Below, in pieces: positions 1 through 8,959 of a stretch of DNA of 40,686 bases. Origin of the DNA: a virus (taxonomy: Duplodnaviria > Caudoviricetes); IMG/VR virus record IMGVR_UViG_3300031965_000075, positions 1-40,686 of that record, one strand, 5' to 3'. The notes beneath the pieces were generated by a model. That model was not told the DNA's origin and searched no databases. It saw nothing but the letters and a program-made list of their open reading frames with translations. The first letter of the stretch is position 1. Each line of letters starts with the position of its first letter. The position numbers and the translations under genes are program-made.

Positions 1-490
1 AGCCGGCCTTGTCGAGGATGTTGTTGACGATGTCGCTGATGTCGTAGTCGAGGTAGACGAAGTTGCTCTGGTCGCGGACCGCCCCGTCCTCGTCGGCACC
101 CTGGGGGTCGGTGACGAGGATGTCCTGGACCAGCAGCACCTTGGCCCAGTCGCGGGCGGTGACCGTCACCGTGCGCGCGTCGCGGTGCTCGACGATCTTG
201 TCGATGAAGCCGGTGAACACGCAGATGCGGTTGTTGTAGTCGCCGTACCACGCCCACGCCGTGAAGAGCGCGTTGGCGGGGAAGGCGTCGGCCGCCAGGC
301 CCAGCGTCCCGTCCTCGTTGGCGAAGGTGGCCGAGAAGGCAGAGGCCATCGTCTGCAGGGAGTGGTCGACCTGCATCGTGAGCGGGAAGTACTCGACCTC
401 GTTGAGCACGACCATGCCGTGAAAGCCCGAGGCGCCGGCCTGGAACTTGCTCTTGAGGATCGCCTCCAGCTCGGCGGTGATGGTCTGCAT
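1..490 (-). CDS. Tail hub/baseplate-like minor tail protein (3'-truncated by window edge)
   Basis: Not in the ORF track. Manual translation from ATG 490 gives MQTITAELEAILKSKFQ...CVFTGFIDKIVEHRDARTVTVTARDWAKVLL..., open to base 1. The 'F.G.ID......V.V..RD..K.L' pattern and the position two genes after the tape measure fit a hub protein. Confidence 0.7.
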   Translation of the reverse strand, partial: MQTITAELEAILKSKFQAGASGFHGMVVLNEVEYFPLTMQVDHSLQTMASAFSATFANEDGTLGLAADAFPANALFTAWAWYGDYNNRICVFTGFIDKIVEHRDARTVTVTARDWAKVLLVQDILVTDPQGADEDGAVRDQSNFVYLDYDISDIVNNILDKAG

Positions 491-493
491 CGG

Positions 494-853
494 TCAGCTG
501 CCGCTGAGGCCGAAGTCGAGCAGCGTCATAGAGACGAGCCAGAGCTCGGGCTGCAGGCGATCGAACCTGAAGGTCAGGATGACGGCGTCGCGGTTCTCGT
601 CATCCGTGTCGACGACCGTGATGATCTCCTTCGTGGCGTCGTAGCCACGAAGGGTGGCCAGGTCGCCAGCGGTCTCGATCCAGCCGCTGAAGACCGCCTG
701 CAGACGTGGCACGGCACTCGACTGCAGGACCTCGTTGTCGACAGAACTGCCATCGGACAGGACGGCTACGACGGAGCCGAACTTAGGGTAGCGCCAGTCC
801 ACGAAAACTTGCGGGATCACGTTGACCTCGCCGATTGAGACGACAGCAGCCAT
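494..853 (-). CDS. Putative distal tail (Dit-like) protein
   Basis: 119 aa ORF directly after the tape measure gene; assignment by synteny only. Confidence 0.5.
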   Translation of the reverse strand: MAAVVSIGEVNVIPQVFVDWRYPKFGSVVAVLSDGSSVDNEVLQSSAVPRLQAVFSGWIETAGDLATLRGYDATKEIITVVDTDDENRDAVILTFRFDRLQPELWLVSMTLLDFGLSGS

Positions 854-857
854 CAGC

Positions 858-3761
858 TCACCCCATGTTCACGCGCGGTCGGTTGGGGAAGCGGGCGCCC
901 TGCTCCTGCAGGGTGTTCGCCAGCTCGTCATGGATGCTCTGTGCGAAGCGCCGGGCGGCGTCTGCCGAGACGTCGCTGCCGATCCCGCTCAGGTGGATCC
1001 CGCCGGTGATAGTGAGAGAGGAGCCCCCACCGAGAGCTGCTCCTACGGGCGCGACGCCAGCCAGACCCACTCCGCTGACCCCCGCCATGGCGGGTGCGGC
1101 AATGCGCGGCGCGATGGCCAGGGCGTCGCCCACCATGCCCACGCGGGACTCGATCGCCCGCTGGGCAGCAGTGATCGCCCGGGCGATGCCGTCGCCCCAT
1201 GACTCCCCGACGCCCTCGCCGATCTCGCGGGAGTGCGTGTAGGCGGGGGAGCCGGCGAACTCCAGGAAGCGCTGCACACCGGCCTTGATCTGCCGCGCCT
1301 TGTCGTTGACGTAGCCCTGCGCGGCAGCGAGGCCGTCGCCGTATGAGGTGCCGACGTTGTAGCCCGCGTTGTAGGCCTCGGCCGTGAACCCAACCCCGAG
1401 CCCCTCGCGCGCCGCCTTCTGGATGGCGCTGATCTCGCCCATGAGTTTGTCGATGCGCGCCCGCTCCACGCCTCGGACGTAGGACGCCAGCCCGTCGTAG
1501 CCCATCCGGTCGAGCTCGTCGGCGAGGTCGAACTGGTTGGTGATCTCGCCGGTCGTCGTCTCGAGGTAGGTGGTCAGGGCGTCCAGGTTCTTGTCGATGC
1601 CTGCCTTGAGCGCCGGATTGATGAGCTCGCCCGCCGCGAGCGCACCAGGCGCCAGCAGCTCGTACTCGGCCAGGATGCCCTTGAAGTACTCGGCGGTCCG
1701 CGCCCGGTCACCGGAGTCGGTACTGGTCAGGCCCTTGATGAGGTTCTTGTTGGCCAGGATGCCTTCAAGGGTGAGCCGGTGCTTGATGTCGGGGAACGGG
1801 CGCAGGATGTCATCCCACATCTCGTTGGCGGCGTCGATCAACTCCTGCGGGTTGCTCGACAGCGTCGCGGCTAGGGTGTGGATCAGGTCGTTGGCGGCAT
1901 CGGCGACCGACTGCTTGGCCTTCTCGACGGCCTCCGCGACCGGGTCGACCATGACCTCGGCGGCCTCGCCGACTACAAAGGCGCCATCGATCAGCTCTGC
2001 CGATACGTTCTCGGGGATCTCCTTGGCCGCACGCCCAGCCTCGATTGCCGCCTGCCCAACCTCTCGGCTGCGCGAGCCCCAACCCCGGAACGAGCCCTCG
2101 GCCGCCGCCTCCGACTCGGCCCACAGCTTGGTGAGCGCCTTGCCGAGGTCGCCGGCGTTGTCCTTGATGGCATTGAAGGCGTCGCCGACGTCGCCATCGG
2201 CCTTCTCCACCAGTTCCGTGAACTGCTCGACCGATACGCCCCAGCCGCGCAGGGCAATGGCCATCTTCGGATCGCCCACGATCTTCATCAGGTCCTTGAG
2301 CGTCTTGGTCGCCTTCTTGCCGTTGAACAGCTCGTCGAAGAAGTAGCTGACGTCATCGGTGACACTGTTCAGGGCGAGCCCGACGGCTGCGATCACGCCC
2401 ACCCAGCCGAGCATCACCAGCTTGGCCCGGGCCGCAGCTGTGGCCACGGCGGGGATACCGTTGATACCCACCAGCAGGCCGACCACCTTGAGCAGCGCGC
2501 CGAGGCCGCTGACCAGCTTGCCGACCACTACCAGCACAGGTCCCATGACGGCCAGGAAGGCGAGCGACCGCACGATCAGGTCCTTGGTGCCCTTGTCGAG
2601 CGTCTTCCACCAGCCCGCCAGACCGCTCACCGCATCCGCCACCTCGCCGAGCACCTCGACCACCAGCGGCAGCACGTCGGTCCCCAGTTCGATCGCCGAG
2701 GCCTGCAGCTTGGCGAGGCTGCGGTCGATGTCGCGCTGCGCCCCCTCGGTGTCCTCGTAGGCGCCGCTGAGCGTATCGAGCGCGCCGGCGGTGTCGGCGA
2801 AGATGCCGTTGAGCTGCTCGGTGTCGAGCGACAGCAGGGCCGTCACACCACGCAGGGCCCGGATGTTGCCGAACACCGCGGCGGCCGCCGTCTCGTTGCC
2901 GGCGAAGCGCTCCTCGAGCGTCCGCAGGGTGGACAGCAGGCCCTTCTCCCTGAGTTGCTCGCGCAGGCCAGCCGACGAGAGGCCGAGCCCCTTCATCGCA
3001 TCCTCGGCCTGATTGGTCGGCTTCTGCAGAGCCGCCAGGACCTGGCCGAGGTTGGTGGCCGCGGTGTCGGCCGAGATGCCGACCTGGGTCATGGCCGCCA
3101 GCGCGGCGGTGACCTGGTCGAAGCTGACCCCGAGCGAGGCGGCGACCGGCACCACGAAGCCGATGACGCCGGCGAAGTCGGACGCCTTAGCGGCGCCGTC
3201 CTGGATGGCGGCGGTCAGAATGTCGCCCGCCTTGGCGGCGGACAGGTTCTCGTGGCCGTAGGCGTTGATGACACCGCCCAGCGTCTTGGCGATGTCCTGG
3301 ACCTGACCCATCCCGGCGGCTGAGGCGGTGGCGCTGATGCGCAGCACCTCCATCGCCTCTTCGGCCTCGAAGCCCGCCGACGCGACGAAGTAGAAGGCCT
3401 CGGCCAGCTCCTGCGGGCTGCGACCGATGTCCTGGCCCATCGCTAGGATCTCTTCGCGGACGCCGGCGATCGCGTCCTTCGGCACCTTGGCCAGGCCGAC
3501 GATGCGGTGCATGGTGGTGTCGAAGTCCAGCGCGAAGTGGGCGACCGCCCCGCCGGCGGCCAGGATCGGCACGGTGACGTTGGTCACCATCGCGTTGCCG
3601 ACTCCGCTGATCGCCCTGCCGGCCTTCATCAGGCTGGCGCCTGACTGCTCGGTGAACTTCCCAGCTGCGCGGGCGGCGCCGCTCAGCTTCGAGTGGAAGG
3701 CTGAGTCGTCGATGTCGAGGTCGAGGACGCTCCGACCGAGCGTGGAGTTGCGCCTAGCCAT
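858..3761 (-). CDS. Tail tape measure protein (TP901-like)
   Basis: 967 aa, Ala/Gly-rich and helical. Typical core (FDTTM...SPQELAEAFYFVASAG...LGVSFDQVTAALAAMT..G..A..A.T.L) plus hydrophobic mid-segments; follows the tail chaperones. Confidence 0.95.
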   Translation of the reverse strand: MARRNSTLGRSVLDLDIDDSAFHSKLSGAARAAGKFTEQSGASLMKAGRAISGVGNAMVTNVTVPILAAGGAVAHFALDFDTTMHRIVGLAKVPKDAIAGVREEILAMGQDIGRSPQELAEAFYFVASAGFEAEEAMEVLRISATASAAGMGQVQDIAKTLGGVINAYGHENLSAAKAGDILTAAIQDGAAKASDFAGVIGFVVPVAASLGVSFDQVTAALAAMTQVGISADTAATNLGQVLAALQKPTNQAEDAMKGLGLSSAGLREQLREKGLLSTLRTLEERFAGNETAAAAVFGNIRALRGVTALLSLDTEQLNGIFADTAGALDTLSGAYEDTEGAQRDIDRSLAKLQASAIELGTDVLPLVVEVLGEVADAVSGLAGWWKTLDKGTKDLIVRSLAFLAVMGPVLVVVGKLVSGLGALLKVVGLLVGINGIPAVATAAARAKLVMLGWVGVIAAVGLALNSVTDDVSYFFDELFNGKKATKTLKDLMKIVGDPKMAIALRGWGVSVEQFTELVEKADGDVGDAFNAIKDNAGDLGKALTKLWAESEAAAEGSFRGWGSRSREVGQAAIEAGRAAKEIPENVSAELIDGAFVVGEAAEVMVDPVAEAVEKAKQSVADAANDLIHTLAATLSSNPQELIDAANEMWDDILRPFPDIKHRLTLEGILANKNLIKGLTSTDSGDRARTAEYFKGILAEYELLAPGALAAGELINPALKAGIDKNLDALTTYLETTTGEITNQFDLADELDRMGYDGLASYVRGVERARIDKLMGEISAIQKAAREGLGVGFTAEAYNAGYNVGTSYGDGLAAAQGYVNDKARQIKAGVQRFLEFAGSPAYTHSREIGEGVGESWGDGIARAITAAQRAIESRVGMVGDALAIAPRIAAPAMAGVSGVGLAGVAPVGAALGGGSSLTITGGIHLSGIGSDVSADAARRFAQSIHDELANTLQEQGARFPNRPRVNMG

Positions 3762-4125
3762 CCGGGTTCACCTTGCGCTCGCGCTTGACGCCGATACCCA
3801 TGGCTGCCAGGTGGGCGTCGTACTCCGCTGGGCCCTTCGAACGCATCGCAAGACGGGGCTGATCAGTGCCTCGCGTCCACCCGGCCGTGATGCGGCGACC
3901 CTCGCCCTTCGTCAGCGACCCGGTCCCGACCGCCGTGCGCGTGGCGGCCATCAGCGACTCCTCGGCGCTCAGGCGCGGGAGCTGCTCGGCGTAGGCATTG
4001 AGGATCGGGGTGGGCATGCTCAGCCAGTCGCTCCAGACGTGGCCGGCGTAGAAGCGGCTGAGGCGGGGGAGGAGTCGGCCGAGGTCGACGGGGTCTCGGT
4101 CGGGCTGGGCTGCGGCATCTTCCCC
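3754..4125 (-). CDS. Tail assembly chaperone, T segment (reached by -1 frameshift)
   Basis: The -1 frame relative to the upstream chaperone reads GEDAAAQPDRDPVDLGRLLPRLSRFYAG...KVNPDG and ends overlapping the TMP start. Confidence 0.7.
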   Translation of the reverse strand, partial: GEDAAAQPDRDPVDLGRLLPRLSRFYAGHVWSDWLSMPTPILNAYAEQLPRLSAEESLMAATRTAVGTGSLTKGEGRRITAGWTRGTDQPRLAMRSKGPAEYDAHLAAMGIGVKRERKVNPDG

Positions 4126-4523
4126 GTCACCGCTGCTGGAAAAGTCAAGAGCAGCCGAACGTGCTGCTCGAAGTCCAGCGCGTCGAGCACGTCCCCGGGC
4201 GCGTCCAGGATCATGCCCGAGCATTCGCGCACCAGGCGCCGCATACGGGCCAGCGCGGCGGGATCCTCCTGTGTGCCCATCAGCGTCGTGGCCTCGATCT
4301 GGATGCGCTGCAACTTGGCGATCGCGGCCAGGCCGAACTCGGAGCGCAGCCGCATCGCGTACAACTGCCGGGTCTCGGCGTAGCGGACCGGGAACCAGCG
4401 CAGCAGCACGTCGAAGTGGCGGTGCTTGAAGCGCTGCCACGGGCCGTCAGGTGCGTTGCGGTTGATAGCGACCAGGGGCCGTTCGGGCTCTAGGTCACCG
4501 AGGGTAAGGACTGGCTCCGGCAT
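4020..4523 (-). CDS. Tail assembly chaperone (gpG-like)
   Basis: ATG 4523 preceded by GGGAGAG (MPEPVLTLGDL...). Lies between major tail and TMP; G-GGG-AAG at 4125-4119 is followed by a low-complexity tail. Confidence 0.75.
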   Translation of the reverse strand: MPEPVLTLGDLEPERPLVAINRNAPDGPWQRFKHRHFDVLLRWFPVRYAETRQLYAMRLRSEFGLAAIAKLQRIQIEATTLMGTQEDPAALARMRRLVRECSGMILDAPGDVLDALDFEQHVRLLLTFPAAVTGKMPQPSPTETPSTSADSSPASAASTPATSGATG

Positions 4524-4710
4524 GGTTGGTCTCTCCCTTGTGGGTCTGACGTGGTTCACGGATCAGGCGGATGCCGACGCGCTGGCAATCGGCCTCCAGG
4601 CGTTCGAGGTCTCTCAGCCTTCGAGCGGCGGCCTGCCTGTGCCAGCGCACGTCGGCGAGGATCCGCGCCCGCTCGATTGCCGCCGTCTCCGGCGTGAGGG
4701 TGTGGATCAC
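4495..4710 (-). CDS. Hypothetical small protein
   Basis: 71 aa ORF whose GTG start overlaps the upstream stop (GTGA). Confidence 0.5.
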   Translation of the reverse strand: MIHTLTPETAAIERARILADVRWHRQAAARRLRDLERLEADCQRVGIRLIREPRQTHKGETNHAGASPYPR

Positions 4711-4940
4711 CCCTTGGCCAGCCTGAACTTGCGGCGTTGGGGGCTGGCGATCGTCCGGCTGAGCTCAGCGGTTAGGCGGAGAGCGCGACCGGAATCGACC
4801 GGGACCGCGCTCACCACCTCGCCCACCTTGCCCAGCTTCCCGTACCGCACGGGACGGCCGAGCAACTCCAGTCCAGCCCGTGCCGTCCAGCGACCGTCAG
4901 ACGGCGCGCCCAGGTGGAAGGTCACGAGCTGCCGGCTCAT
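4707..4940 (-). CDS. Hypothetical small protein
   Basis: 77 aa; ATGA overlap with the major tail gene stop. Confidence 0.55.
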   Translation of the reverse strand: MSRQLVTFHLGAPSDGRWTARAGLELLGRPVRYGKLGKVGEVVSAVPVDSGRALRLTAELSRTIASPQRRKFRLAKG

Positions 4941-5518
4941 GTGCCGGAGTCAGGGTCTTCGGCCCGGACCACGCCGAACTCCTCGCCTGCGGCGGCGTCG
5001 GGATCGACGAGCGCCACGAACAGGAACTGCAGCCCCGCCGGCGTGCCCTTGAGATAGACGATCTCCGGGGCACCCTCGGTGTAGCAACGCGGGATCTCGT
5101 ACTGCGCCGAGAGCGTGTCGTCATAGGGCGACGTGCCCACGATCAGCAGCGCGGACTCCGGGATGCTGAAGCCGCGGTACAGGCCCATCACCCGCCCGAC
5201 GCCCGAGTCGGTCACGGTCTGCTGGCTGAGCGCCTGGGCGTAGGCCTCGAGCGTCAGATCCCACAGCGTGAACTCGACCTCGCAGTCCTCCTCGGTGCGA
5301 GCCGCTTTGATCGGTCCAGTCGAGCCGGCCGGTCGAATGCGGTTGACGCTCTGTGGATGACGGACGGTGACGCCGTCCTCCCCGTAGCTCTTGTTGCCGT
5401 TCACGCCGAGCTTGATCCAGCTGGCGCTCGGCGCCGCGCCAAGTGCGGGGAACGCTGTCCCCACTGGAGCCCGGTAGACGACTTCCGGGCCACCGATCAC
5501 GATTGAGCTGGGCTCCAT
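4937..5518 (-). CDS. Major tail (tube) protein
   Basis: 193 aa, AGGAG RBS. The pattern 'G...VY.AP.GT..P......W..LG......EDGV' is typical of siphovirus tube proteins; follows the tail terminator. Confidence 0.85.
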   Translation of the reverse strand: MEPSSIVIGGPEVVYRAPVGTAFPALGAAPSASWIKLGVNGNKSYGEDGVTVRHPQSVNRIRPAGSTGPIKAARTEEDCEVEFTLWDLTLEAYAQALSQQTVTDSGVGRVMGLYRGFSIPESALLIVGTSPYDDTLSAQYEIPRCYTEGAPEIVYLKGTPAGLQFLFVALVDPDAAAGEEFGVVRAEDPDSGT

Positions 5519-5539
5519 CGCTGGTCTCCTTCTGTGGCC

Positions 5540-6061
5540 CTAAGCCACGCTCACGTATTCCTCGGCGAAGCTCGCCGCGTAGATGCCGACCACGACCGGG
5601 CAATCCAAGTCGGGATCGACGAATGAAATGGGCCCTCCCTCCACGGTGACGTCATGCACCAGGGCGGTGCCGTCCGTCAGGGACGCCCGCACCCGCGAGA
5701 GAGCCTTCAGGTGCTTCTCGGCGGCCAGCAGGACCGCCATGGCGATGCTGTAGGTCGGGGCGTAGCTGAGGAGGTCGAAGCGCGGTCGGCTCCACAGGGC
5801 ACGGCTGGTGTCACCACCCGAAGGCACACGACCCGCCGGCGAGACGAGCAGCAGCCTGATCGCGCGCTGGGACAGCAGCGCCGCGTAGTCGTGCGGCTGC
5901 TGGGCCGACTTGCGCGGGTACTCGAAGGCGAAGATCGGCGGGGTGGCAAGCCCGGGGAGAGCATCCTGGTCATCCAGCAGGCTGGCCACACTCGACTCGT
6001 CCAGCAGGATGCGGCGGATGGCGTTGGGAGCGTTCGGCAGCTCGGAGACGTCGAAGCTCAT
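5540..6061 (-). CDS. Tail terminator/completion protein
   Basis: 173 aa directly upstream of the major tail gene; 'RPRFDLLSYA......A..V' pattern; synteny. Confidence 0.7.
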   Translation of the reverse strand: MSFDVSELPNAPNAIRRILLDESSVASLLDDQDALPGLATPPIFAFEYPRKSAQQPHDYAALLSQRAIRLLLVSPAGRVPSGGDTSRALWSRPRFDLLSYAPTYSIAMAVLLAAEKHLKALSRVRASLTDGTALVHDVTVEGGPISFVDPDLDCPVVVGIYAASFAEEYVSVA

Positions 6062-6165
6062 CAGGCCACCCCCACGGGGTAGACTGGGTGCAGCGAGGCC
6101 GCCCAGCGCGTGAACGCCAGACGGCCTCTGACCAACCCACCGACGAAACCGGAAGGATGGCTGGC

Positions 6166-6753
6166 ATGGATTCTACCGAGGAGCGATGGCTCCCGATCCC
6201 CGGCTACGAAGGCCGCTACGACGTGTCCGACCTCGGTCGCGTGCGGTCGCTGCGCTCGAACCACGGGCCCCTCTCCATACCGACGGCGAAGCACCCGACG
6301 CTGACTCCGAGCTTCCCGTACCTGGTCGTCGCGCTGTCCGTGAAGGGACGCGCTCGCATCTGGCCGGTCCATCGCCTGGTACTGCTGGCGTTCGTCGGAT
6401 CGCTGCCAGACACGAAGCCCCGAATGGAAACGCGCCACCTGAACGGCAACAAGCTCGACAACCGACTGGCCAATCTCGCCTACGGCAGCGCCGTTGATAA
6501 CAAGCTCGACGCCGTCAGACATGGCGATAACCGGCACGCCGCGGCGACGCACTGCAAGCGGGGCCATCCGTTCGACGAGGCCAACACCTATCGCTACACG
6601 AACGTCTCCGGCAACCCATCTAGGAAGTGCCGAGCATGCGCGACGTGGCTGAATCGCGAGTGGTACCGCCGCGTAAAGGGCAAAGGGCGTCATCTCAGAC
6701 GAGCCCCCGTAGATACTCAGCTTCAAGGCGAGCAGCAACCGATGGGAAATTGA
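6166..6753 (+). CDS. NUMOD4-HNH homing endonuclease (inverted insertion in the late operon)
   Basis: ERWLPIPGYEGRYDVSDLGRVRS (NUMOD4), VHRLVLLAF...RHLNGNKLDNRLANL (HNH) and a C-terminal HCKRGH...CRAC Zn motif. GGAAGG RBS before ATG 6166. Confidence 0.92.
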   Translation: MDSTEERWLPIPGYEGRYDVSDLGRVRSLRSNHGPLSIPTAKHPTLTPSFPYLVVALSVKGRARIWPVHRLVLLAFVGSLPDTKPRMETRHLNGNKLDNRLANLAYGSAVDNKLDAVRHGDNRHAAATHCKRGHPFDEANTYRYTNVSGNPSRKCRACATWLNREWYRRVKGKGRHLRRAPVDTQLQGEQQPMGN

Positions 6754-7060
6754 CGTCTGCCGCAGACCGGAGCGCGGCTCCGTTCTTCACCTCAAGAATG
6801 AGTAGATAGAACTCCGATCCGGCGCCGCCGGTCACGTTGCCGCGGATCTGGCGCTTCTGGAGGCGCGCCGGGTTGGTGCCGATCGATCCCTCCGCCTTGC
6901 CGGTCACGTTCTTCCAGCCAGGGTGATTCGCGCGGGCGTACTCGGCGGTCGCCTCGGTGGTGCGGTCGATGGCACGCTTCGAGGCACCCTCGACCCGCTT
7001 CTCCAGCGCGTCGCCGAGCCACGTCAGGTAAGAGCGCCCGTAGCGCTTGCGGGTGGCCAT
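6695..7060 (-). CDS. HK97 gp10-like head-tail/tail-completion protein
   Basis: Real start MATRKRYG at 7060 (TGATG coupling). 'A...A..NHP.W...TG.A..SI' motif; synteny. Confidence 0.75.
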   Translation of the reverse strand: MATRKRYGRSYLTWLGDALEKRVEGASKRAIDRTTEATAEYARANHPGWKNVTGKAEGSIGTNPARLQKRQIRGNVTGGAGSEFYLLILEVKNGAALRSAADVNFPSVAARLEAEYLRGLV

Positions 7061-7413
7061 CAGCTGGTCACCCTGGTCAGGCTCAGCTGCAGGTGGGTCC
7101 GCTTTCGCAGGACCGTGTCGATCTCGAGGATCCCCGCCTCGATCACCGTCCCGCGCCGATCGGTCACGCCGGCGATGCGATCCTGCTCGGTCACGTCCGC
7201 GGCAAGAGGCACCATCAGGCGCAGGTCCGTGACCACTGCCGTGGTCTCCTCGCTGACGGCCTCCTTCTCGACGGAGCCATAGAGCCAACAGGCCAGCGCT
7301 GCGATGTGGGTCGCCCAGCTGACGGGCCCACCGGGGTTGCCGGAGTCATCCGTGGCGGGTGCCGTGGCACGCTGCACGAGGGCGCGCTGGGACATGCGGC
7401 TGCGTGCACTCAT
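7060..7413 (-). CDS. Head closure/stopper protein (SPP1 gp16-like)
   Basis: 117 aa; 'DDSGNP...W', 'P..ADV...DRI' and 'H.QL.L' patterns; synteny. Confidence 0.75.
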   Translation of the reverse strand: MSARSRMSQRALVQRATAPATDDSGNPGGPVSWATHIAALACWLYGSVEKEAVSEETTAVVTDLRLMVPLAADVTEQDRIAGVTDRRGTVIEAGILEIDTVLRKRTHLQLSLTRVTS

Positions 7414-7970
7414 GCGAAGCCGATCCCGACTGGCATGAGCTCACTGATGAGGGCGTTGCGCTGGTCCTGGTAGCCCTCCTGCCCGCCGCTGCGGGCGCCC
7501 ATCGACTCCTCGGCATAGTCGCCATCGCGGCGCGAGTCGAGCCCGGAGAACTGGAGCGCCAGCTTGACCAGGTCGACCACCACGCGGTCGTAGCGGTCAC
7601 TGGCGGGCGCCGCGTCGTAAGTCACGCTGATCAGGCCGGACCAGCCGACCCGGTATCCGGTAGAGAGACGTTCCAGGAAGGCGCCGCCCGGGCGCAGCCG
7701 GTAGCCGTCGTCGTCCTCGTCGAGCTCGACGTCGTCCTCGAGGACCTCGAGGATCGTGGAGGCCGGCGGGTCGAGCTCAATCAGGAGCTGGCGCGTCCCA
7801 ACCGCGTTGAGCAGGACATCAGTCCGCGGCCCCAGACCACGCGCGGCGATCTCGTCGACGGCGGCCCTGCCATACGACGCCAGATCGGCGTCGAGCAGGT
7901 CGGTTTCCACGCCACGGGCGCGCAGGGCGGCCGCCACGGTTGCGTCGGCCGCAGTCCAGTCGATGGCCAT
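7410..7970 (-). CDS. Head-tail adaptor/connector protein
   Basis: Start MAIDW at 7970 (TGATG). 'I.VTY.A', 'S...GDY.E' and position after the capsid region. Confidence 0.7.
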   Translation of the reverse strand: MAIDWTAADATVAAALRARGVETDLLDADLASYGRAAVDEIAARGLGPRTDVLLNAVGTRQLLIELDPPASTILEVLEDDVELDEDDDGYRLRPGGAFLERLSTGYRVGWSGLISVTYDAAPASDRYDRVVVDLVKLALQFSGLDSRRDGDYAEESMGARSGGQEGYQDQRNALISELMPVGIGFA

Positions 7971-8959
7971 CAGGCGACCGCCTCGAGCGCCTGGGCGCCG
8001 ATGGTGCGCCGGTAGAGGGCCACCAGGCGCTCCAGCGCCGGCTGCTGCGCATGGAAGCGCGCGACGTGCTCCATGCCACGCACGGCCCACTCGGCGCGCA
8101 GCTGGGCGCTCTGCACCAGCTCACGCAGGGCATCGAGCAGCCCGGCCTCGGTCATCTCGTAGAAGGGGAGTACACCGAATTCGCTCAGCATCCGGTTGCG
8201 GGTGGAGGCCGGGATCGGATGGTTGACCTCCGCCGCCCGCTCCGGGTCGATGCCGGCGATGACCGGCAGTCCCATGCCCCAGGCCTCGATCGCGTTGCAG
8301 CCGTAGCCGAGATACAGCTGGTCGAAGTAGATGTCGGCGCTCGCCTTCCGACGCAGGCATGCCGCCCAGGTCGTGCGCTCGATGAGGTCGAGCTCCACCC
8401 GCAGCCCCTCGTCCTGCAGTGCGACCACGGCCGCCACCAGGGCGTCGGTGCTCTTCAGGGTGCGCATGGTCGGTGCATGCGCGATACGCACCACGCCGTC
8501 ATCGGTCCGGCGGTGGGCGCGGCGCAGCGCGGCCAGCGCGTCGAGGTCGTAGGCGGTCGGCAGCCAGGTGATGACGTCCGGCGCGAGCTCGACCAGGTCG
8601 ACCGTACTGGCAGCCTGCACCCAGCCTTCGCGGGCGGCACGCGCTAGGAGCAGCGGGGGGTTGGTGCGGAAGGCGGAGCCGTGATGGTGCAGCAGCACCG
8701 GCTTGGCGCCCACGTCGGCGAAGAGCTCGAACCCCTGCGCCCGGTTGTTGAGGTGGATGATGTCGGCCTCGGCCCACAGACGCCGGATCGCGCCGGCGTT
8801 GTTGGCGTACAGGATGTCCACCGGCAGGTGCTTGAAGGAGTGCGTGCTGCGGGTCACCGCCCGGATGGCAGCGCCGCCATGGCGATCGGCAGCGGCCTTG
8901 TAGCGCAGCGCCTCGCCGTTGGGGTCGGTGCCCATCGAGAAGATCAGCGAGCGGATCAC
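7970..8959 (-). CDS. Glycosyltransferase, GT-B/GT4-like
   Basis: Real start is GTG 8959 (overlaps upstream stop). ADIIHL, 'HHHGS.FR', 'RIAHAPT...K.T' and 'ADIYFDQL..GYG.NAIEAWGMGLPV' match a GT4-type C-terminal signature. Confidence 0.85.
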   Translation of the reverse strand: MIRSLIFSMGTDPNGEALRYKAAADRHGGAAIRAVTRSTHSFKHLPVDILYANNAGAIRRLWAEADIIHLNNRAQGFELFADVGAKPVLLHHHGSAFRTNPPLLLARAAREGWVQAASTVDLVELAPDVITWLPTAYDLDALAALRRAHRRTDDGVVRIAHAPTMRTLKSTDALVAAVVALQDEGLRVELDLIERTTWAACLRRKASADIYFDQLYLGYGCNAIEAWGMGLPVIAGIDPERAAEVNHPIPASTRNRMLSEFGVLPFYEMTEAGLLDALRELVQSAQLRAEWAVRGMEHVARFHAQQPALERLVALYRRTIGAQALEAVA

